Positions 57,687-64,000 of a stretch of 64,000 bases of DNA are shown here, in pieces. The DNA is taken from positions 5,418 through 69,417 of the forward strand of contig JAIWAR010000002.1 in assembly GCA_048634245.1 (NCBI GenBank), read 5' to 3'. This stretch comes from Methanosarcinales archaeon. GTDB lineage: Bacteria > Omnitrophota > Gorgyraeia > Duberdicusellales > 4484-171. Position numbers and translations under genes: made by a program. The notes under the pieces are model-generated. The model had not been told where the DNA came from and made no database searches. It saw only the letters and a program-made list of their open reading frames with translations. The number at the start of each line of letters is the position of its first letter. The stretch's first letter is position 1.

Positions 57687-58625
57687 TTATTTATCGGAAG
57701 AAAAAAGTTCCCCGGCCTTAACCCGGTATCCACAGACAAAAGACCAGGCAGACATCTCACTCTTGCCTTGAGGTTTTAGCTTCTTAATTTTGAGAGCTCC
57801 TTTACCTGCGGCAACCTGAATCCCCTCTTTATCAATATCTATAATTGTCCCCGGAAGAAAAGAAGCTTCTCTATCCACTATATCAGCAACCAGTATTTTA
57901 ACTGTTGCTCCCCGATAATAAGTGTAAGCGGAAGGCCAATCTACTGTTGCCCGAATTAAATTTCTTATATCCTGCGCCTTGTTACTCCAAAGTATTCTAC
58001 CACTCTCCTTATTAAGTTTATAAGTCAAAGTCGCTAAATTTTCATCTTGAGGAGCTAGAAAATAATCTTTCGCTTTTATCTTATCAACAGTTTCAATTAA
58101 TAATAAAGCTCCTTTCCTGGCTAATCTTTGGCTAAGAGAAAAAAAATCATCTTCATAGCCGACTGTTAACTCTTTTTGCGAAATTATATCTCCGGCATCG
58201 ACTTTTTGATTCATCTTAAAAACAGTAACTCCACTTTTCTTTTCACCGTTCATCAAAACCGCTTCTATAGGTGCCGGACCCCGATAACGGGGAAGCAGCG
58301 AAGGATGAAAACAAAGAGGAAAAATCTTAGGTATGACTAAAAGATTTTTGGGAATTATTTCCCCGTAATCAGCAACAATAAAAAAATCGGCCCTCTCTTT
58401 ACTTAAAGTCCTTCCAACATCGCTACCATTTAACGATACCGGTTTTATAAGATGAATATTTTTATCTTGGGCAAATTGGCTCACTTCAGTCGGTAAAAGC
58501 TTTAACCCTCTTCCCTTAGGCTTATCAGGTTTACTGACTATAAGAGCCGGTACATACCCTTGAGCGTAAAGCTCTCTTAGAATGATTTGAGAGAACCAAG
58601 AACTGCCAAAATAAATAAACTTCAT
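57687..58625 (-). CDS. fmt: Methionyl-tRNA formyltransferase
   Basis: HPSLLPRYRG and formyltransferase N/C domains. Confidence 0.85.
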   Translation of the reverse strand: MKFIYFGSSWFSQIILRELYAQGYVPALIVSKPDKPKGRGLKLLPTEVSQFAQDKNIHLIKPVSLNGSDVGRTLSKERADFFIVADYGEIIPKNLLVIPKIFPLCFHPSLLPRYRGPAPIEAVLMNGEKKSGVTVFKMNQKVDAGDIISQKELTVGYEDDFFSLSQRLARKGALLLIETVDKIKAKDYFLAPQDENLATLTYKLNKESGRILWSNKAQDIRNLIRATVDWPSAYTYYRGATVKILVADIVDREASFLPGTIIDIDKEGIQVAAGKGALKIKKLKPQGKSEMSAWSFVCGYRVKAGELFSSDK

Positions 58626-60409
58626 CGTAAACTCACCGCTAATTGAACAGAAGAACTACGAAAACCTTTGATTCCTTCTCTGATCAATTCTCTTGATAAA
58701 AAATCCTTCTTGATTTTAAGTATAATTGAATAACGGAATTTGTTCCGCAACTTGAAAGGTTTTTCTTCAAAGGGGCCATAGACCTCTTTAAACTTTTGCT
58801 CTAACTTATTATATAAACCCTTTGTTCTTTTTAAAAGAACTTTTTCATTCTTCGCGCGCAAGGTGATCTTAGCAATAAGCCCAAAAGGCGGAAAGTGTGA
58901 CTTTTCCCTGAATTGAAGTTCTGATTCATAAAAATCCTTCCAATTCTCGTTCAAATGCTTAAAAAGATAGTAGTCTTTATGACGGGTAAATACATAAAGA
59001 GACTCCTTAAACAGAGTAAGAAGTTTCTTCAGGTATAAAAAGGTTTTGAAGGTCGCCTCGTAGTCTGTACGATTTAAGAAAAGATCGACATCAAGAACAA
59101 ACCCTTTATCAAACTTTTGAGGTTCAAAAAGATAGCTTAAAACCTTAGAGGTGGAGAGTGTAATTTGGGCATCGCCGGAAGAATCTAGAGAATTATTGAT
59201 TTTAACTTCGGGAAATATCTTTTTTAGAATACTGCCCAACCTCTGGACACCATAACCTTTACTTTTCAAATAACCGCTATTGCAATGGTTACACACCCGG
59301 GGTAAAGACACTCTTCTTTGACAATAAGGACATACCCCTTCATCTTTTTTTAGAGACGAGACCAAAAGGCTCGAACAATGTTCACACTTAAACACATGCC
59401 CACAACTAGAACAAGCTATGCGCGCAAATCCTTTTCGGTTCCACAAAATAAGAGCCTTTTTATTATCTTGGATAGCCTTTCTTAAAAGCTCGGTTAGGAT
59501 TGGGCCAATAATCTTATTTTTGCTAAACTCAAGCGTACTAATCACCTCTATGCCCCTGACGCCGGCGTCTTTATCAAGCAATTTTACTCTCTCTTCTTTT
59601 ATGCGCTGATAAATATCTAAGGATGGGTAATCCCCGCTTAGAACCAAATCAACACCCTTAACCTGAGATAAAATATCAGCTACATCCGGAAGGTTATAAT
59701 ACGGTTTTTCTTCTTGAAAGTAGTACGGGCTATTTTCCTCCTCGACTACAATCAGCCTTAGATCAGAGGGATAATAAAAAATAGCCACCCGGGTTCCTAA
59801 AATCAATGATTTTTTTCTTGTTTCCCTCCAGTTAGAAAAAAGCTCTTTTTCCTTTTTCTGACTATGAATCACTTTAACTTGAGCTGGAAAATCTTTCTCG
59901 ATAATTTTTCTTGCAAATTCGAGGTAGGTTAGCTGGGGAAAGCAGATAAGAACAGAACCCTCCTTTAATTTCTTCTTAACTATATCTTTCCATAACCGGT
60001 ACCGCTCTAAAAAAATATCGGCCTTAATGAAACTAACCTCAGGAGTGTCTTTTATTTCGTTTTTATTCTTATTAATTTCCAGATCCGATTTATTTATTTT
60101 CCTCAAGTAAGGTGGTATCATCATAAACAAAAACTCACCCCTTGCATAAGGGTAAAATCTGCTTAATGTTTTTGCAAGCCGCAAGTGTTCCGCATCTAAT
60201 AGGGTTTGTGAATCAAGGACATCGATTATTGGCTTTATTTTCTGTAGATGCGATTTACTCGCAACACCAACAACAATACCCATTCGCTTCTTACGGTTAA
60301 AATCCACCAAAACCCTCATCCCGCATTTTACGGCTAACTGCGTTGGATAAGAATAGTCAAATTCCTTATCCAAAGACATCTGCACTACGACCTTTGCTAT
60401 TTTAAGCAT
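58622..60409 (-). CDS. priA: Primosomal protein N' (PriA) with degenerate ATPase motifs
   Basis: N-terminal 3'-DNA-binding domain and the Cys-rich region CSSCG...CEHC...CPYC...CNHC are present. Walker A is absent and Walker B DEEH reads VVEEEN. Confidence 0.75.
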   Translation of the reverse strand: MLKIAKVVVQMSLDKEFDYSYPTQLAVKCGMRVLVDFNRKKRMGIVVGVASKSHLQKIKPIIDVLDSQTLLDAEHLRLAKTLSRFYPYARGEFLFMMIPPYLRKINKSDLEINKNKNEIKDTPEVSFIKADIFLERYRLWKDIVKKKLKEGSVLICFPQLTYLEFARKIIEKDFPAQVKVIHSQKKEKELFSNWRETRKKSLILGTRVAIFYYPSDLRLIVVEEENSPYYFQEEKPYYNLPDVADILSQVKGVDLVLSGDYPSLDIYQRIKEERVKLLDKDAGVRGIEVISTLEFSKNKIIGPILTELLRKAIQDNKKALILWNRKGFARIACSSCGHVFKCEHCSSLLVSSLKKDEGVCPYCQRRVSLPRVCNHCNSGYLKSKGYGVQRLGSILKKIFPEVKINNSLDSSGDAQITLSTSKVLSYLFEPQKFDKGFVLDVDLFLNRTDYEATFKTFLYLKKLLTLFKESLYVFTRHKDYYLFKHLNENWKDFYESELQFREKSHFPPFGLIAKITLRAKNEKVLLKRTKGLYNKLEQKFKEVYGPFEEKPFKLRNKFRYSIILKIKKDFLSRELIREGIKGFRSSSVQLAVSLR

Positions 60410-61586
60410 TGCTCCATTTCTCGATTAAATCCGACAAAGGCTTACCTATGTCTTTAACTCTTAAAGGGTAATTATCTCTTAACCAATTGACTTTCGAGCT
60501 GTAATAATAGACCGCTTCTATCAGCTCTTTCTGCCCCCGGACTAATTTAGCTATATCATGCTTAATTAATACCTCCATATTTTCCTCTTCCTGACCAGGA
60601 ATGTAGTGAGTAAAAATAAAAGGTTTCCTCATGTAAAGGCCTTCAAAAACAGTCATCCCTCCGGGTTTAGCAATAATAATAGAGCTTGCCAGAAAAAGCT
60701 CCCAAATCTCATCATAAAAAGAAAAAAAACGGATATAAGAAGAGTTTAGGCCTCCTAAATACCTCTTTAGCCGCTTATTCTTGCCGTAGATAAGAAAAAT
60801 GTTAAAATCCTTCGAAAGAATCCGGATCGACTTTTTTAAATAAGAAAACTTTCCCCTTAACGATGAAACAAAAATTAATGCCGGCCTTAAATCCAAGGCA
60901 AACTTTTTACGTACTGACTCCGGAGAAATACCCTTTAAAAACCCCTCCCTTAAAGGAACATAGCCAGCAGTAATCTTGTCGCTCACGACCCCTAAGTTAA
61001 TCAAATCCTTTTTCGTTACCTCAAGGGCGGCAAAATAGTGATCAATGCAATCTGAAACCCATAAAGAATGAACTCTCAAATCAGTAATAACAGAAATTAC
61101 TTTAAAATTTAATTCGCCTTTTATATCCGCAATCAGGCTGGAGGGAAAAAAGTGAGTGACGATTATTATTTCGGGACGGGTATCTTTCAAGTATTTTAAA
61201 AATGAGGCGAATATCTTCCGGTTGATTTTATCTACCCAAGAAGAAAAAAAATTTTTCTTGGTATAAAAAAATAGCCCCTTCCAAATCCCGGGAAAATACT
61301 GCGCTACGGCTAAATAACCTGAAGAATAAATCTTTCTTAGTATGGGGTGAGTAAAATTTAGAAGGTCGCAAAAACAAGCTCCCGGTAAATATTTTAGAGC
61401 CTGAGCCCCTCTTTTGTGCCCTTCCCCAAAACTGGCGTAGACGATTAAAATCTTAGCCATAATGAATACATAGATACTCCGCCGCTGCCTGTAAATTATC
61501 AAATATATAATCCGGCTCAAATTCCCATTGACTACGGTTAGATATTTTTTCCTTGCCTGTGAGAACAAGTATTGACTTTGCCCCAA
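60402..61586 (-). CDS. Glycosyltransferase, MGDG-synthase/UgtP-like (GT28-type) family
   Basis: MAKILIVYASFGEGHKRGAQAL N-terminal motif. The true start is probably at 61460; the upstream extension is likely spurious. Confidence 0.6.
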   Translation of the reverse strand: MGQSQYLFSQARKKYLTVVNGNLSRIIYLIIYRQRRSIYVFIMAKILIVYASFGEGHKRGAQALKYLPGACFCDLLNFTHPILRKIYSSGYLAVAQYFPGIWKGLFFYTKKNFFSSWVDKINRKIFASFLKYLKDTRPEIIIVTHFFPSSLIADIKGELNFKVISVITDLRVHSLWVSDCIDHYFAALEVTKKDLINLGVVSDKITAGYVPLREGFLKGISPESVRKKFALDLRPALIFVSSLRGKFSYLKKSIRILSKDFNIFLIYGKNKRLKRYLGGLNSSYIRFFSFYDEIWELFLASSIIIAKPGGMTVFEGLYMRKPFIFTHYIPGQEEENMEVLIKHDIAKLVRGQKELIEAVYYYSSKVNWLRDNYPLRVKDIGKPLSDLIEKWSNA

Positions 61587-62001
61587 AGCAACTTGCGGCT
61601 TTCATATCCAAAAAAGAGTCACCGATAAAAAAAGACATCCGGGGAGTAACACCTAAAGCTGAAACTGCCCGCCTTAAGAGCCCTGTTTTGGGTTTCCGGC
61701 AATCACAATTATCGGTAGCAAGATGAGTACAATAATAAATACCTTCAACTTGAGCCCCTTGCTTCTCAAACCCCTTTAACATCCCCTCATCTATCCGGTC
61801 TAAATCCGCTTGAGTATACTGCCCCTTAGCCACACCGGCCTGATTAGAGATAATACATAGCTTAAATCCATAAGCATTAAGCTTTTTTATCCCTTCAACG
61901 CTTCCGGGAATAAAGCTAAATTCACTCCAATTATTAACATAATTGGTATCCCCGGGATATTCATTGATTACACCATCTCGATCAAGAAAAACTACCTGCA
62001 T
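61453..62001 (-). CDS. gmhB: D-glycero-beta-D-manno-heptose-1,7-bisphosphate 7-phosphatase (HAD-IIIA)
   Basis: VFLDRDGVIN motif I and GDS...D motifs. Confidence 0.7.
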   Translation of the reverse strand: MQVVFLDRDGVINEYPGDTNYVNNWSEFSFIPGSVEGIKKLNAYGFKLCIISNQAGVAKGQYTQADLDRIDEGMLKGFEKQGAQVEGIYYCTHLATDNCDCRKPKTGLLRRAVSALGVTPRMSFFIGDSFLDMKAASCFGAKSILVLTGKEKISNRSQWEFEPDYIFDNLQAAAEYLCIHYG

Positions 62002-62035
62002 TACTCATCCTTTTACCTATGCTAACATCAAATCC

Positions 62036-62767
62036 TTAGTTTTTAAAGAAGGAATATATTTTATTTCTCTCTATCAGTTTATACCTACCCGGGGGCAAAT
62101 TCCCCAAAATTAATCGTCCTACCCTGATTCTTTTTATTTCCCGTACCGGAAAACCCAACTCCCCAAATAACCTTCTTAAATGCCTATTCTTACCCTCGGT
62201 TACCACCACCCTGCACAAAGTCACATTCTCTTTTTCCTTTAATACTTTAATACTCTTTACTTTTAGATATTCACCCTTTATCCTACAACCTTTTTTAGCC
62301 CTCTGGCAATCCCGCAAACTTAACCCTCCTTTAAGTTCAACCAAATACTCTTTTTCCACCGAAAATTTAGGGTGAGTCAGCCGATAACAAAAATCTCCGT
62401 CATTAGTGAGGATAAGCAACCCGCAAGACTGTTTATCCAGCCTTCCTACAGGATAAATTCCCATTCCGCCAGAGGCGGATTCGCTTCGGGCGAAAAATCT
62501 TTTAGGAAAAAAATCGATTACCTTCTTAAGAGCAAACTTATCACTAAGGGTGGTAGTTACCCCCTTAGGTTTATTAAATAGAATATAGGTGTGTTTTTTT
62601 AAATTTAAAAATTCCCCGTCAGCTTTGACCTCGTCTTTATCCGTAACTTTTAAAAATGGCTCAAAAACTTTTTGGCCGTTTACCTCTATCTTACCCTTTT
62701 CAATAAGACAATCAGCTCCTCTTCTTGAGGCATAACCGCTCTTAGCAATAAAAAGATTGAGACGCAT
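62036..62767 (-). CDS. Pseudouridine synthase, RsuA/RluB family (S4 domain plus catalytic domain)
   Basis: RLNLFIAKSGYASRR S4 domain and VGRLDKQSCGLLILTNDG catalytic Asp motif. Confidence 0.8.
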   Translation of the reverse strand: MRLNLFIAKSGYASRRGADCLIEKGKIEVNGQKVFEPFLKVTDKDEVKADGEFLNLKKHTYILFNKPKGVTTTLSDKFALKKVIDFFPKRFFARSESASGGMGIYPVGRLDKQSCGLLILTNDGDFCYRLTHPKFSVEKEYLVELKGGLSLRDCQRAKKGCRIKGEYLKVKSIKVLKEKENVTLCRVVVTEGKNRHLRRLFGELGFPVREIKRIRVGRLILGNLPPGRYKLIERNKIYSFFKN

Positions 62768-62782
62768 GGCTTTTTTTGTTAT

Positions 62783-64000
62783 TCACCTAGTAATAGAGGC
62801 GAAAACTTTATCTCCCTTTATACCCTCTATTGTCACTGAACTGATTTGGCCCAAGGGAATTTTCTCATTTACCCAAACCTTGATGTAATTTTCAGTGTAG
62901 CCGGATACAAAACCATTGTTTTCAACTTCTGCTACCATATTAAGAGTTTTTCCTAAAAATTTATTTTTATAGCTATCTGAAAACTCATCCGCTAACTTTT
63001 TTAAAAAATCATACCTTTGGCGAATTAGCTTAGGGTTCTTTGGGCTCGCTTTTGAAAGTTGAGTCTTCTCCCGGGGAGAAAAAGTAAAAATATGCATCCT
63101 CATCGGCTTGATTGCCCTTAAAAAATTTACGGTATTCTGAAAACTTTCTTCACTCTCTGTGGGAAAACCAACCATAATATCGCAGCTTATAGCAACATCC
63201 GGACTAACCCTTCTTGCTTGAGAAACCTTATCCAGGTATAAAGCAACCGTCTCTTTTTTGTTCATCTCGCCCAGTATACGATCGTCTCCATACTGAAAAG
63301 GAAAGTGAAAGTGCGGACATAGTTTATTGTGCGTAAGAAGAGAAATTAATCCTTCATCCACAAAAAACGGCTCTAGAGAACTCAGCCTCAGCCTTCCTAA
63401 AGATGGCATAGCCAAAAGATCCCTTATCAAGCCCTCTAAAGTAAACTTGGGAGTTAAGTCCTTCCCCCAAAGGCTTAGATTTACTCCACAAAGCACAATT
63501 TCTCTGTGCCAAAGGCAAACTTTTCTAACCTCATCTATTGCCTCTTCTTTAGCCTTACTGCGAGATGGCCCCCTAAGATAAGGAATTTTGCAAAAAGAGC
63601 AAAAATTATCACACCCGTCCTGAACTTTAACAAAAGCCCGGCGATTAGAGAAGCGGGTTATTTTGAAAGCTTTCTTTTCTTCATGATCCTCTATTGTTTC
63701 CGCCTTAGGCGACGGGCCGAGAACGATATCAGGTAAAAGATGTTTTTGATCCTGGGAAATAATATAATCGGCCCCGATTTGAGCAATAAAATCTTTATTT
63801 AGCTGCGCAAGGCACCCACACACTGCGATTTTAGCCCGGGGGCTCTCCTTCTTTGCCCGCAGGATCGCGTCTTTAGACTTGCTATCAGCCCGAGAAGTGA
63901 CTGTGCAGGTATTAATTACATAAAGGTCAGCCTTTTTGTCGGTTACTCTGTGCCCTAAAGCGGAAAATTTTTCTTTAAGGCTTTGTGTTTCGTATTGATT
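62783..64000 (-). CDS. Radical-SAM methylthiotransferase (MiaB/MtaB/RimO family), 5' end beyond the window
   Basis: VQDGCDNFCSFCKIP radical-SAM motif and a C-terminal TRAM domain. The same frame continues upstream to the window edge (…YVINTCTVTSRAD…AVCGCL MTTase N-terminal domain). Confidence 0.75.
   Translation of the reverse strand, partial: NQYETQSLKEKFSALGHRVTDKKADLYVINTCTVTSRADSKSKDAILRAKKESPRAKIAVCGCLAQLNKDFIAQIGADYIISQDQKHLLPDIVLGPSPKAETIEDHEEKKAFKITRFSNRRAFVKVQDGCDNFCSFCKIPYLRGPSRSKAKEEAIDEVRKVCLWHREIVLCGVNLSLWGKDLTPKFTLEGLIRDLLAMPSLGRLRLSSLEPFFVDEGLISLLTHNKLCPHFHFPFQYGDDRILGEMNKKETVALYLDKVSQARRVSPDVAISCDIMVGFPTESEESFQNTVNFLRAIKPMRMHIFTFSPREKTQLSKASPKNPKLIRQRYDFLKKLADEFSDSYKNKFLGKTLNMVAEVENNGFVSGYTENYIKVWVNEKIPLGQISSVTIEGIKGDKVFASITR

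Noticed and set aside
1-64000. Prophage, integrase or IS element delimiting the island
   Set aside because: No integrase, recombinase, transposase (beyond a 58-aa HTH fragment) or phage structural genes were recognised in the window.

Overview
This 64 kb window is low-GC bacterial chromosome. Almost every gene is on the minus strand. TolC-like and OmpA/OmpW-like beta-barrel proteins indicate a diderm (Gram-negative) organism. Superoxide reductase, a rubrerythrin/ferritin-like protein and radical-SAM enzymes suggest an anaerobic lifestyle. Two regions are distinct.

(1) Accessory region, positions 1 to about 10 kb. It looks like a defence island. It starts with a three-gene operon: XRE regulator, MazG-like NTP pyrophosphohydrolase, and an 803-aa protein with three modules (N-terminal PD-(D/E)xK-like nuclease domain, DUF2075/Schlafen-type P-loop ATPase-helicase core, and a C-terminal LexA/UmuD-type S24 self-cleaving peptidase domain with an intact Ala-Gly site). 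I consider this the best candidate for a previously undescribed system. The island also holds a NYN-domain protein, an AbiEi/AbiEii abortive-infection pair with direct-repeat operators, a secreted PLD (HKD) family nuclease with a C-terminal HTH-like extension, and a YhbQ-type GIY-YIG nuclease. The non-coding DNA here is unusual: a roughly 98-bp promoter/5'-leader cassette occurs twice and places TATAAT 8 nt from the start codon (leaderless-type); a 'CCCCGGAAYTC' motif is dispersed and tandemly repeated; and there is a perfect 27-bp inverted repeat.

(2) Core region, about 10 to 64 kb. Products include pcm, superoxide reductase, citrate synthase, mdh, polyprenyl synthase plus ispH, EF-G, cyclophilin, an RND pump with TolC and MarR, an ATP-grasp/metallopeptidase operon, mnmA-iscU-nadA-iscS, a U32 peptidase, greA, metF, lipA-lplA-gcvPB-gcvPA-gcvH-gcvT, rmuC, split coaB/coaC, ligA, fmt, priA, gmhB, a pseudouridine synthase and a partial MiaB-like methylthiotransferase.

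Notable points in the core. The AmmeMemoRadiSam system looks extracytoplasmic: the radical-SAM enzyme has an RR-containing signal peptide, the Memo-AMMECR1 fusion has a Sec signal peptide, and a CcdA/DsbD-like thiol-transporter gene lies adjacent. PriA has lost Walker A and changed DEEH to EEEN. An APC permease is fused to a PTS-EIIA(Ntr)-like domain. An HD phosphohydrolase is a tandem YfbR-like duplication. The RND/TolC/MarR operon has no membrane-fusion protein, and MarR has a palindromic operator.

No rRNA, tRNA, CRISPR array, integrase or intact IS element was recognised.
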